A stretch of DNA of 58,624 nt, the filler included, from Basidiobolus ranarum (lineage: Eukaryota): the NCBI GenBank assembly GCA_040143965.1. It is 7 parts of 7 records of this genome, joined end to end, with 100 filler letters (N's around TTAATTAATTAA, not from the genome) between each part and the next. Parts side by side here need not be neighbours in the genome. Positions count along the whole stretch, not along the records: positions 25,228 to 33,515 come from JASJQH010000988.1; positions 33,616 to 41,889 come from JASJQH010000989.1; 5 more parts are not named here. One strand, 5' to 3'. This document shows positions 25,336-39,000 of this stretch, piece by piece. The position numbers and the translations under genes were made by a program. Each line of letters starts with the position of its first letter. Within the stretch, counting starts at the first letter, position 1. The notes under the pieces were generated by a model. That model did no database searches. It was not told the DNA's origin and was given only the letters and a program-made list of their open reading frames with translations.

Positions 25336-27459
25336 AAAATAAGGGTACTCAGGAGTGATAATGGTGGAGCATACTGCTCTAAAAACTTTACTAGTTTTTA
25401 CTCTAAACATGGAATTAAGCAACAAACTACTGTACCTTATACTCCACAGCAAAATGGAGTTGCAGAACATGCTAATAGGACCATAATAGCAATGGCTAGA
25501 TCAATGTTACATGATCAAAAGTTAATATTACCAATAATGGGCTGAATCTGTCTCCAATGCAGTCTATATCAAAAGCTGATGCCCAACAAGATTGCTACAA
25601 AATTTTACTCCATTTGAAGCTCTATATGGATCAAAACCAAGTGTGGATCATCTCAGGATCTTTGGTTGCAAAACATATTACCCAATTGCAGCTCAAAAAT
25701 GCTCAAAATTGGAAGCAAAAAGCAGATCCAAGGCCTACAGACTGTTTGATACCAAAAACCAGAAGTTAATTAAGTGCAGAGATGTGATTTTTGATGAAGA
25801 GGCAAATTTTTCACCTCAAATCACAGTTCTTGATCTAGAAAATACAATCAGCACTATTCAGGAAGCGTCTGACAAAATTCCAGGTGTATCTGAGCTCTAT
25901 TCAACTAAAATTTCAGTCCCAATAACATCAAAGGATGATTCAGGACCCAGAAGATCATCCAGAAGGAGAAATATGCCATGAAACTGGTGGAACACTTCCA
26001 ATGTTGATGTATATGCTTATGCAGCATTTTGTGACAAGCCACAGACTCTAGATCAAGCTTTGGAGTGTCCAGAAACAAAATTATGGGAAAAAGCAATCTC
26101 AGAGGAGTTTTCTTCACTTCTGGACAATAAAACGTGGGTTTTAAATCCTCTTCCATCAGGGAGAAAACCAATAGGTTGGAAATGGATCTAAAAAGTCAAA
26201 ACCAAGCTGATGGAACCATAGAAAGGTACAAAGCAAGATTAGTTGAAAAAGGCTATTCCCAGACTCCAGGAGTTGCTTTTAATGAAACTTTTGCTCCAGT
26301 AGCTAAGTTTAGCTCCATTAGATCCATCCTGGCACTCTCAGCTGTCCATAACCTTGATCTACGTCAAATGGATGTAAAAACAGCCTTTCTGAATTGAAAT
26401 CTAGAAGAAGATATCCATATGGAGCAACCAGATGGATTTGTTGACCTAAAACATCCTGATATGGTCTGTAAGCTGCAAAAGTTGCTATATGGACTCAAGC
26501 AAGCACCCAGGGCATGGTACAACAAGAGAGATATCTAATTGGAATCTCTGGAATTCCAAAAATGCACAGCAGATCACAGTATTTACATCAAAACAACCAG
26601 AAAGAGGATACTTATCTTGGCACTATGTGTTGATGACTTAATCATAGCCACAAATGATCTAGAAGCTCTCAATCAGACAAAAACAGCTTATCAAACCAAT
26701 CTCAGATGACTGATATGGGTGAATTAAATTATTTTCTTGGAATCCAAATCAAGAGAGATAAACCCAATCAGAAAATCATGCTGAATCAGGCTAGATACAT
26801 CTTAGACATCCTAAAATGTTTCAACATGGAGAATAGCAAGCCTGTATCAACACCAATGGATCCCAATGTGAAATTAATTAAAATTTCTTCTGATTTGGCC
26901 CAAACTGGCACAAATCAAAGCCAGGAGTTCCCTTGTCAATCCATGGTTGGAAGTTTAATATATACAATGGTTGAAACACATCTAGACATTGCTGTGGCAG
27001 TGGGAACTGTCAGCCAATATCTCAAAAATCCAGGATCTGAGCACAAAACTGTAGTAAAATAAATATCCAGGTATTTGAGAGGAACTGTAGATCTATTTCT
27101 GGAATACTCTGCCATTCCTGATGCACAAAATTTTGAAGGACACAGTGATGCAGACTGTGGAAGATACCTTGTTGATAGAAGATGAACAACTGGATACACT
27201 TTTCTCTATGGTAATGGAGCCATAACTTTGAATAGTAAGAAGCAACCAACCATAGCACTTTCCACTACAGAAGCAGAGTATATGGCAGCCTCTGCTACTA
27301 CACAAGAAGCTATTTTTGTTATGATCTAAGCATGTCCAATGGTCCTATTTCATAGTAAACTATAAATAGGACATATTCAATTCAATAAAACTTAAGTGTC
27401 TAATTCACAAATCCTAATCTTGTCCAAAACACTTCCAAATCCCCTAAACACTTTTATCA
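25336..27459 (+). mobile_element. Ty1/copia family A pol (IN-RT-RH) with partial 3' LTR (27313-27459)
   Basis: [62 protein letters not shown]; a deletion joins RNase H to mid-LTR. Confidence 0.92.
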
Positions 27460-27472
27460 CACTAAGCACTTT

Positions 27473-28088
27473 TGTCAATTGAGAGTCCATGAGATGTAGA
27501 CAAATTCAGAGAGTGCTTTTACCTGCATGTTGTGAAAGCCAAGGAGAACTTCTGGTAGTCCCTTTGGCTGTATTTCTTCTGCTGAAACAAACATCCAAAG
27601 GTCCTTCTCTTTTAGTACCATTAGCATTTTGAACTTCCAATGGTGAAAATCTTCACCATCAAACTTTTGTGTGGATGCAAAAACTGTGGTAATACTACTG
27701 GTAAACATTCCTATAACTGCTAGCTTGGGGCTCATAACCTGAGAAAAGTGATTAGGGGATCTGACAGTATTTGGGCAAGATTTGGATTTGTGAATTAGAC
27801 ACTGGACTGTTGTTGATTTGAATATGTCTTATTTCTAGATTACTATGAAATAGGACTAATGGATGTACTAGATCAAAATAAACATGCCTGTCAAGCATCA
27901 GTGATAATTTGATATGAATTGGAGAAGTATTGAGAAAATAGTGGAAATTTGTAAAAGTGAACTGATTAAATTTCTATCAATTAGAGCAATAAACAGACAT
28001 TTTTGAATGGCAGAACAGAGTACTTAATAATCAGACTGTAAATTAACTAACTAGCAACTAATGAGTTGCTACTTACCTGATTTCAACA
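27473..28088 (-). mobile_element. Copia family A 5' LTR (27740-28088), PBS and gag start
   Basis: TG...CA LTR followed by GGTTATGAGCCCC; gag KFDGEDFHHWKFKM..LKEKDLW. Confidence 0.88.
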
Positions 28089-29125
28089 AAGTCTTCAAGC
28101 TATTCATATAGTAAAGTATGTTTTTACTCTTTAGAGAAAGGATGAAGAATATATTTCCTTTTAACATTTTTAAGCTTCCAGTATAAAATTTTTGGCTTTG
28201 CTCAAGATTTGTAGTGGGATTGAGCTTTATTTCTGAATATTTAAGTTTACACTCCTGTCCCACACTGCACCATGACAATTCCCAAGATGAAAATTCTGTT
28301 TTTGGCTGTTGTGATGTATATATGGTTATCTGCTGTGCACTTTTGGAATTCCTGTAACTCCATATAAGCCTCTCTCTTGTTGGACATTGTGTTCAGTGCC
28401 TACTTAAGTCCATACAGCAATCTTTGGAGTTTGCCGACACATCAAGGTGGTTTGGGTCAACAAATCCATCTGGTTTTTTCATATAGATTTCTTGGTTGGG
28501 ATTTCTAATAAGAAACAATGTCTTTAGATCTATTTAATGTAGATCTAGGTTATGCATGGCTGAAAGAGCCAGGGTTGATCTGATGGAGCTATTCTTAGTT
28601 ACAGAAACAAAAACTTCCTTAATATTAACTCCTGGAATCTACAAAAAAAGCTTTTGCAACTTGTCATGCTTTGTACTTTTCTAATGTACCATTCACTCTG
28701 CTTTGGACTTTTAGACCTATTTGTCACAAGTTAGCTTTCTCTCTGATGGTAGAGGACTTACAGCCCATGTTTTATCATTCTGAAATTAAGAGAACTGATC
28801 AGACATTGGTTATTGCAATAGTTCAAAACTAGACACACCTGAGCTTAGTCCAGAGTATGTGACTTATCACCAAATGCTGCACAAGCCTTGACCTCCTCCA
28901 CAGAAGTGTTCCACCATCTTCCCTGACACATGCTATGCACTGGATGATCTTCTAAATGCTCTATCATCCCTTGATATAATTGGGCGGAAGTTTGGTTGAA
29001 TTGGGCTTGGATACAGCTGAAATTTTGTCAGATACTTCCTGAATAGTGGTCATTGTGTTTTCTTAAGAAGTATGATTTAGGGTGAAAGGTTTGCTTTTTC
29101 TTCAAAAATCACATCTCTGCATTTA
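28089..29125 (-). mobile_element. Decayed copia RT fragment
   Basis: Reverse-strand homology to the RT region at 25780-26520. Confidence 0.75.
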
Positions 29126-29126
29126 T

Positions 29127-32100
29127 TGAATTATTGAGAGTAAGTTAGGTTCAAGTGGAATACAAAATGTTTGTTGAGTGGGAATGTTGGAATTGGGTAA
29201 AGAGGAGCTCATTGCTTAGTAATTAGTTTATTCATATTCAGATTACTTAGTACTCTAATACTGCCACTCAAAAAGGTCTGTTGAGTACTCTATTTGATAG
29301 AAATATCAACTAGATCACTTTTCCCAATTTTCAGTGTTTTCTCCAAACTTCTCCAAATCACCTGAATTTTCACCCATGCATAACAGACATATTAGTTATG
29401 ATCTAAGCAAGTCCAATAGTCCTATTTTCTAGTAAACTCTCAATAGGCCACATTTAATTCAATAACACTTTAGTATCTAATTTGCATATTCAAATCTTAT
29501 CCAAAACACTTCCTAATCCCCTGAACACTTTTATCAGGCTATGAGGCCCAAGCCAGCTGTTAAAGGAATGTGTACCAGCCCTATTGAATATTTTTAAATC
29601 CACAGAGAGGTTTAAAGGTAAATACTCCCACATTTGGAGGTTCAAGATGCAAATAGTGCTGGAATACAAGGACTTTGGGAATTAGTTGCAGAAGAAATGT
29701 AGCCATAGGGACCGCCAGAAGCTATCCTTGCCTGTAACAAGAAGTAGAGGGAAGCACACCCTGCACTTTGTCTACATCTCAGGGACTCTCAATGGTGGCA
29801 CATACACACAGCCAAAAACATCCAAACTGCTTGGGAAACACTTGAGGGACTACATGAGATTGAAAGTGTTGCAAACAGGATATATCTTTGGTCAACATTG
29901 TTCTCAATTCAGATAAGTTCTGATGATTCTATGGCCAATCAGATAATTCAGATATAAACCATGTCATATCAGCTCTCATCCATTGAAGCCCCTACAAATG
30001 AAGATGACTTAGTTATTACACTACTTGGGAGCCTGCCGGACAAGCTTGGGAACCTCATAATTGCCCTAGAATCATCTGTAGAGTCATTAACAGTGGAATA
30101 TGTTGGTGCTAGGCTTTTGAATGAGGAATCAAGGATATCTAATCCTTGGCAAAACAATGCAGATCGGGAATTTTTGGGAGCTATTAAACTTTCAGCAGGA
30201 TTCAATAATGGTGCCCCTAATAGGCTATTAGTTATCTGCAAGTATTGCAAAAACCAGGCCATATGATAAAAGATTGCTGAAAAAGGATTTTTGCTAAAAA
30301 GCCATAATTGGAACAGAAAATCAAGTAAGCACTGATAAGTTTATATATTTGCATCTGCCCTTCCAGTAACCACTAAGGAAGGCACACAAATGGGGCTCAT
30401 TAATTCAGGAGCTTCTCAGCATATGTCAAACAAGAGAGATTGGTTTTCCATTTTAAACTCATCCAAACCAGGAAAGTCCACCTTAGTATTCACTTTGCAA
30501 AAGATGCAGTTGGTAAGAGTACTGTTGTGCTTGATTTACACCAAAACTCAGCTACACCATCAGCAAAATGGAATAAAGTACTCTGTGCACCAAATATAGC
30601 CAAGAACGTACTCTCAGTAAGCCACGCACCATCTCGAGGACTAAATTACATTTGCAGCAAGGCTGGATGCACTGTCACAGATCAGAATAATTTCAAAATA
30701 GCCACTAAAATCAAAATGCAAAACCTTTACTAGATAGGAATCAAGAAATTCCATTCTGAGCATGCAAACCTAGCCAAAACCAGTGAAATAAGCTGACAAA
30801 CATGGCATAGAAGAATAGGCCACATTGGGAAACAAAAATGGACCCAAATGATCCATTTTCAGCTGATTTCAGGCTTGGAAATTGAAAAGATCACAAAATT
30901 AGATCTGTGTGAAGGTTTCATATTTGCAAAACATCACAGACAGCTGCTTTTACGCTCTGGAGATGTCAAATCAAGTAAGAATTTTGCCCTGACCCATTTT
31001 GACTTATCTGGGCCCATGAAAAACATCTCACTAGGTCTCAAAATGTAATTTATGAAGTTTATTGATGACAAAACAAGATACACTTGGGTGTTCTTTCTCA
31101 AATCAAAATGTGAAGCCTTAGCTGTGTTCAAGTACTACAAAGTAATGGTAGAAAAGAGTCAGTACCAAAAATCAGGGTACCAATGATTGATGATGGTTGA
31201 CAATACTGCTCTAAAGAATTTGCTCATTTTTCTCCTCAACATCAAATCAAGCAACAAACTACTGTGAATTATACTCCACAGCTAAATGGAGGTGTTAAAT
31301 ATGCTTATAGGACCATGGTGGAGATGGCAAAATCAATGTTACATGTTAAAAAGTTAGATTACCAATATTGTGCTGCATCTGTTTCCACTGCAGTCTGTAT
31401 CAGAAACAGATGCCCAACAAAATGGTTACAAAGGTCTACTCCATTTGCAGCCCAATGTGGATAAAAACCAAGTGTGGATCATCTCAGGATCTTTGGTGAC
31501 ACAGCATATTGCCCAATTCCAGCACAAAAATGCTCTAAATTGGAACCTAAAGGCAGCAAATGCATGTTTTGTTGTTACTGTGATGGATCAAAGACACACA
31601 GACTGTTTGATACTAAAATCAGAATGTTAATCAAGTGCAGAAATGTTATTTCTGATGCAAAAGCCAATTTGTCATGTCAAATCTCATTTCTTAATCCAGA
31701 AAACACAAATAGCAATATTCAAGAAGTGTTGCACCAAATTTGAGCCATATAGGAGCCCAATTTAACTAAATTTCCCCCCCAATTACATTGGATGATGATG
31801 ACCCTGAAGAGCATCCAGAAGGAGAAATAAGCCAGGAAGCTGGTGGAACACTTCTAATAATGATGTCTATGCTTATGCTCCATTCTGTGACAAGCTACAG
31901 ACTCTAGATCAAGCACTGGAGTGTCCAGAATCAAAGTTATAGGAAAATGCAATGTTTGATGAGTTTTCTTCACTCCAGGACAACAAAGTGAGGGTTGTAA
32001 GTCCTCTACCAACAAGGAGAAAGCCAATAGATTGCAAATGGCTCTACAAAGTCAAAACTAAGCTGATGGAACCATGGACAGGTACCAAGCAAGATTAGTT

Positions 32101-32230
32101 GCATAAGAGTATTCCCTGACTCCAGGAGTTGATTTCAATGAAACTTTTTCTTCAATAGCTAAGTTTGGTTGCAATTGTTGAATCCTGGCACTTTCAGCTA
32201 TCCATAACCTTGATTTAAATCAAATGGATA
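29127..32230 (+). mobile_element. Copia family A: pol end, PPT, LTR (29185-29536), PBS, gag-PR-IN-partial RT
   Basis: TTGAGTGGGAA then TGTTG...TTATCA then GGCTATGAGGCCC; LLGSLP gag; CKYC knuckle; NSGASQHM protease; integrase remnants. Confidence 0.9.
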
Positions 32231-32233
32231 TAT

Positions 32234-32510
32234 TGGGAGTTGTTTGTGAATAGTGCTAATATATTTTTATGGCATCAACTCACATTGGCAGATCTCAGGT
32301 ACATACAGTGACTATGTAAAGATTGTATCATTGGATATGAGAAACTTTATGACAGGTTTATAGAAGCTAGACTGAATCTATGCCAGCATTCAATATATTG
32401 CCTGCTGCATCTTTTGCAATGCTTTGAGATTATATGTCCTTGCTATATATTCTAGGAGTTCCCAATGGAGGACACCTGTGGTGAAATGATGCTTTGTGTA
32501 AAATTGTCAA
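32234..32510 (+). mobile_element. CACTA/EnSpm-type transposase fragment
   Basis: Translates YEKLY...RLNLC..SIYCLLHL..C....CP.YIF*EFPMEDTCG, matching the H.LLH...GP...W.FPMER.CG motif of CACTA transposases. Confidence 0.65.
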
Positions 32511-32512
32511 TA

Positions 32513-32918
32513 CCCCCTAACAGAAATTTGTGGATTGTTATCATAGGAAAACTGTCACAATTTTAATCCATTTTGGATAAACCATTTACTTACCATCATA
32601 AAACTGTCAAGTTAGATTGGATTTTAATCAATTTTTTCAGTTTCAGGAATGAAATATCAAGCTCTTGCAAAATAGTTGCACATGATGGGCTACAATTTAC
32701 AAGAACTATGGATCAACATGTGTGCAAAAAATGTAACTCAAATTTCACACACTTATCACTTGAATACTAATTTGTCATCTTCAAAATTCTTAGTTGCTTT
32801 AATATATTCTCCTGCATATTTTTTTAGGGTTATTCATACCCAAGTCTTAGCTCATATTCAACACAAGTTTGTCTCAATACCTCCATCAAAACCCACCATT
32901 GTATTAATGTGCTAAATC
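32513..32918. mobile_element. End of an unclassified repeat, probable DNA transposon (other copies 41990-42097 and ~54519-55015)
   Basis: Terminus TA|CCC(CC)TAACAGAAATTT shared with the reverse-oriented copy ending at 42097; internal homology to the reverse complement of ~54715-55010. Confidence 0.65.
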
Positions 32919-33515
32919 TGTTGAAATTAGCATTGCCTAAACACCTATATAGTCATATATAGCATAGTACCTAGTTATCTTATAATTCACTAAGATATTA
33001 TCAATAATTCTCAATTGGAATTTACTTAAAATATTTTCACCAACTTAGAAGTTCTCAGATATATAGATTTTTTCAAACTTGTGCTAGAAGCCCCAAACTT
33101 GGCACACATGTTCCTGGGACCTTCCTTAACATATTCTACATGTTAGTTTGTTTACATCTTGACAAAACTATAAATGTCTACTTCTCAAATTTATGGAACT
33201 TTTCCTTCTTCTGAAAAATTGGATGGAACCAATTATCAAGTTTGGAAAATTAAAATGAAAATGCTGCTGCAAGAAAAATGACTTTGAGACACTGTTGTAG
33301 GAGAAGAAAACAATGCATAGCTATCTGAAACCAAAGTTTTACTCCAGGTTAAAAAAGAACAAAGTGCCTTTAACACAATTTGTCTTAACGTTAAAGACAA
33401 ATTGCTAATTCAATGTTCAAGAGCTAAAACTGCCAAGAAGGTATGGAAAGCCTTGGAAGACACCCACCAAACAAGTTCTGCTGCCAACAAGATGTTTCTA
33501 AGAAGACAATTCTTT
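32919..33515 (+). mobile_element. Copia family B 5' LTR (partial) and gag start
   Basis: TGTTGAAATT start; homology to LTR 54181-54518; gag EKLDGTNYQVWKIKMKMLL. Confidence 0.85.
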
Positions 33516-33615
33516 NNNNNNNNNNNNNNNNNNNNNNNNNNNNNNNNNNNNNNNNNNNNTTAATTAATTAANNNNNNNNNNNNNNNNNNNNNNNNNNNNN
33601 NNNNNNNNNNNNNNN

Positions 33616-34221
33616 ACTGTATTTGAAGATAATCAAAGTTGTATTTCATTAGCTAAAAACCCTACATTTCATGCTAGAACAAAACATATAGATATTAGGT
33701 ATCATTTTGTTAGAGAAGCAATAGAGAATGATATAATTGAACTTGTCTATTGCCTTACTGAAGAAATAATAGCTGATATCTTAACCAAACCTTTAGCTAA
33801 AACACAATTTGAATTATTAAGATATAAGTTAGGTTTAAGAGAAACACAAAATAATTAGTTGAGTAGGAATGTTGAAATTAGGTAAATAGCTACTCATTAT
33901 TTAGTAGTTAGTTTATTCATATTCTGATTATTTAGTACTCAATTCTGTCATTCAAAAATGTGTGTTTATTGCTCTAGTTGATAGAAATATCAATTAGATC
34001 ACTTTTACCAATTCTCACTATTTTCTCAAAACTTCTCCAAATCACCTCAAATTTTCACCCATGCTTAACAGGCATTTTTGTTATGATCTAAGCATGTCCA
34101 ATAGTCCTATTTTATAGTAAGCTATAAATAGGACATATTCAATTCAATAAAACTTAAGTGTCAAATTCACAAATCCAAATCATGTCTAAAATGCTTCCAA
34201 ATCCCCTCAATCATTTTATCA
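33616..34221 (+). mobile_element. 3' end of young copia family A element: RNase H, PPT, 3' LTR (33870-34221)
   Basis: EDNQSCISLAKNPTFHARTKHIDIRYHFVRE; TTGAGTAGGAA PPT; 352-bp TG..CA LTR. Confidence 0.93.
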
Positions 34222-36057
34222 GAAGCTAACATCAGAATAAGCAGATGAATAAGCACTGATAGGGACCATATATATGTGTCTTCTCTATCAGTAATCACTA
34301 AGAAAAGCTCAGAAATTTAGTACATTGATTCAGGAGCTTTCCAGCATTTGTCAACAAGAATGACTGGTTTTAAAGCTTAAAGACCATCTAAGCAATAGAG
34401 GCCTTCTTGAGTGATGACTATGCACTAGATGCAGTTGGTAAGGACATTGGTGTGCTCAATTGATATCATGTTAGCCACACAATCTGCAAAATTGGATGCT
34501 GTGCTCTATGTACTACATATAACCAAGAACCTGTGCACAGTAGGCCAAGCAACAGCTCAAGGAGGAAAGTTTCAACTTAGCAAGGCTAGAAGCACTATCA
34601 CAGATCCAAACAATACCAAGTTAGCTACTGGGATCAAAACTTTGAATTTATGCAAGTTAGAAGTCAAAAAATTGCATTCTGAGCATACAAACTTGGCCAA
34701 AACCAGTGAATTAAGCTGTCAAATGTGGCATATAGGTTAGACCACATTGGGGAACAAAAACTAACCCAAATGAACAACATTAACTTGTTTCAGGCTTAGT
34801 AATTGACAATTTCACTAAATTGGATCTGTGTGAAGGTTGAATACATGCCAAACATCACAGACAGCTGTTTTCAAGCTCTGGAGAGATCAATCCACTCAGA
34901 TTCTTGCCCTGATCCAGTCTGACTTGTGTGTCCCCATGAAAAATGTCTCACTGGATGGCAAAAGGTTATTTATGACCTTTATTGATGACAAACAAGATTG
35001 ACATGGGAATTCTTTCTCATATCTAAGTCTGAAGCTTTAGCTATGTTCAAGCACCACAAAGCAATGGTAGAGTAATAATCAGCACAAAAAATAAGGGCAC
35101 CAAGGAGCAGTAATGGTGGAGAATATGGCACTAAAGACTTGGCTAGTTTTTGTTCTAAACATGGAATCAAGCAACAAACTACCGCACCTCACACTCCACA
35201 ACAAAATCAAGTTGCAGAACATGCTATTAGGACTAAAGTGGTGAAGGCAAGATCAATGTTTTATGATAAAATATATGATTACCAGTATTTGGCTGAATAT
35301 GTCTCCACTGCAGTATATGAGAAACAATGCCAAACAATCTTGCTGCACAATTGTACTCCATTTGAAGCTCTATATGGATCAAAAGCAAGTGTGGTTCATC
35401 TCAGGATCCATGGTTGCACAGCTTATTGCCTGATTCCAGCTCAAAAACACATTAAATTTGAACCTAAAAGCAAAAGATGTTTATTTCTTGGTTACTGCAA
35501 TGGATCTAATGTCTTCAGACTGCTTGATACCAAAAATCTTAGGTGATTTAGGTGCAGAGATGTGACTCTTAATGTAAAAGCAAATACGTCAGTTCAAATC
35601 ACAGTTCTTGCTCCAGAAAACACAAGCAGCACTATTCAGGGAGTGTCTGACAAAATTCCAGCTCTGTCTGAGCCCAATTCAACTGAAAGTTGAGCTGCAA
35701 CTACATCAGGCATAATTCAGGACCCAGAAGATCATCCAGAGGGAGAAATAAGCCAGGGAACTGGTGAGGTACTTCCAATAATGATGTATATATCTGTGCA
35801 GCATTTTGTTACCAGCCAGACACTCTATATCAAACTCTGGAGTGTCAAGAATAAATTTATGTCAAAAAGAAATGTCTGATAGGTTTCCTTCACTTCGAAA
35901 CAATACAAAGTGGGTTTTAAGTCCTCAACTATCAAGAAGAAAGCCAATAGATTGCAAATGGTTCTATAAAGCCAAAAACTAAGCTGATGGAACTATAGAA
36001 AGTTACAAAGCAATACTGACTTTAAATGGTTTTCTCCAGGCCCCAGGGGATGATTTT

Positions 36058-39000
36058 TGATAAAAGTGTTTGGGGGACTTGTAAGTGTTTAAGACAAGAT
36101 CTGGATTTGGACTTAGATACTTAAGTTTTACTGCTTTGAATATGTGCTTTGGTAGCTTACTATGACATAGGACTATAGGATGTGCTTAGATCATAACAAA
36201 CATCCTGGTTGGGCATGGGCAAACATTTGAGATGGCTCAGAGAGGTTTTGAGCAAATAGAGAAAACTGATAAAAGTGATCTGATTGATATTTCTATCAGT
36301 TAGAGTAATAAACACACATTTTTGAATGGCAGAATTGAGTAATAAATATTCAATATTAGAATAAACTGACAAATAGATGATGAGTTGCTCTGAACCTAAT
36401 TTCGGCATTCCCTCTCAACTGGTTATTTTGTGTTTCTTTCAAACCTAACTTATATCTTAATGATTCAAATTGTGCTTCAGCTAAAGATTTGGTTAAGATG
36501 TCAGCAATCATTTCTTCAGTTGGGCAATAGACAAGTTCAGTTATAGCATTCTCTATTGCTTATCTAACTAAATGATGTACAATATCTGTATGTCTGTTCT
36601 AACATGAAATGTAGGCTTTTTAGCTAATAAATACAACTTTGATTATCTTCAAATACGATGTTAGAATGTTTTTGCATGTATCCTCAGTCTGGAAATAACT
36701 TCCTAAACCACATAGCTTTTTGTGTAATAGCAAAGGCAGCCATATACTCTACTTCTGTAGTGGAAAGTGCTTTTGTTGGTTGCTTCTTAGGACTTGTTCC
36801 ATTGTGCCATGATTGATTGGACCTTGGATCAATATATCAGAGTAAATGTGATTCAAATTGATTATGCCAGAGGGTGATGGATAGTGCCAAATTGTGCCGC
36901 ATAAATTTTAGAATAATTCATCCAATATGATATATACAGCACAATCTGGCACTATCACAGAGAACAAGTCCTCACTGTTCCAAGTTATGGCACCTTTACC
37001 ATAGAGAAAAGTGTACCTAGCTGTTGATCTTCTATCATCAAGGTTTCTTCCCCAGTCCACAGCACTGTAGCCTTCAAAAGTTCATGCATCAGGAGTGGCA
37101 GAGTATTTCAGAACCAGATCTAAAGTTCCTCCAAAATACCTGAATATTTGTTTTACTGCAGTATTATGCTCAGATCCTGAATTTTTGAGATATTGGCTGC
37201 AAGTTCCAACTGCCAGAGCAACATGGTGGATATATTACAACTATCTAATACATTAATCTCCCTAACATGTATAGTTCAGGGAACTCTGACTTTGATTTGG
37301 GTCATTTGGTCTAAATTTGATGGATTTTGATTAATTTCACATTGGGATCCATAGGTGTTGATACAGGTGTGCTTTTCTCCATCTTGAGGAGGTTTAGAAT
37401 GTCCAGGATATATCTTGCATGATTTTGCATGCTTTTCTGATTGGGTTTTTCTCTTTTGGTTTGGATTCCAAGAAAATGACTTATATGACCCATATCAGTC
37501 ATCTGAAATTGGTTTGATAAGCTGCTTTTTGTCTGATTAACTACCTCTTGATCAATTATGGCTAAAATCAAGTCAGCCACATATAGTGCCATACTAAGGA
37601 TCTTAGTTCTGGTAGTTTCAATGATAATACTGTGATCTGCTGTGCATTTTTAGAATTCCATTGATTCCAATTAGGTCTCTATCTTGTGTTACAATGGCCT
37701 GGGTGCTAACTTGAGGCATTATCACAATTTGTGCATCTTACAAACCATATTAAGATATTTGGGTCAACAAATCTATACAGGTGCTCCATATTGCTCTCTT
37801 CTCCTACATTTACATTCAGAAAGGTTGTTTTTACATCTATTTGATGTGAATCAATGTCATGGATGGCTGCAAGTGCCAGGATTGTTTTATTGGGGCTACA
37901 TTTGCTACTGGAGCAAAGGTTTTATCAAAATTAATTACTGGAGTTTGAGAATAACCTTGTGTAACCAATCTTACTATGTACCTCTTAATGGTTCCTTCAA
38001 CTTGGTTTTTGCTTTGTATACCCATTTTCAATCTGTTGGCTTTCTCCTGGTTGGTAGAGGACTTGAAACCAACATTGTATTGTCCTGAAGTGAAGAAAAC
38101 CTAGCAGACATTGCTTTTTTGCATAATTTTAATTCTTGACACTCCAGAGCTTCATCTAGAGTCTGTGGCACTTCACAGAATGCTGCATAGGCCTATAGAT
38201 CCTCATTGGAAGTATTCCACCAGTTCCCTGGCTTATTTCTTCTTCTGGATAGTCTCCTGGGTCCTGATTTGTCCTCTGATATACTATGGACCATAATTTT
38301 GGTTGAATAGGGCTCTCAGACAGCTGCAATTCCGTTAGACACTTTGTGAATAGTGCTGATAGAGTTTTCTAGATCAAGGATTGTAATTTGTGATGACAAG
38401 TTTGCTCTTTCATCAAAAATCACATCTCTGCACTTAGTTAACTTCTGATTTTTGGTATCAAATTGTCTGAAGGCCTTTGATCAATTACAGTTACCAAGAT
38501 ATATGCATGTTCTGCTTGTGGGATCCAATGTAGAGCATTTTTGAGCAGGAATTAGGCAATATGCTGTGCAACCATAGATCCTGCAATGATCCACACTTGG
38601 TCTCAATCCATATGGGCATCAAATGGAGTTGAATTTTGTAAAAATCTTGTTGGGCATCTCTTTTTTGACATAGACTACTGTGGAGACATATTCAGACCAA
38701 TGTTGGTAATCTTACTTTTGATCAAGTAACACTGATCTTGCCTTCTCCACTATGGCCCTATTAGCATGTTCTGTAACTCCATTTTGCTGTGGTGTATAGG
38801 CTACAGTAGTTTGTTGCTTTTCCATGTTTAGAACAAAAACCAGCAACATCCTTAAAGCAGTAATCTACATTATTATAACTTCTTAGTACCCTTATTTATG
38901 TGCGGATTTGTTCTCAACCATTGATTTTTAGTGTTTAAATGTAGCTAAGGCTTCAGATTTTGATTTTGGACATAATATCCAAGTATATCTTGTTTTGTCA

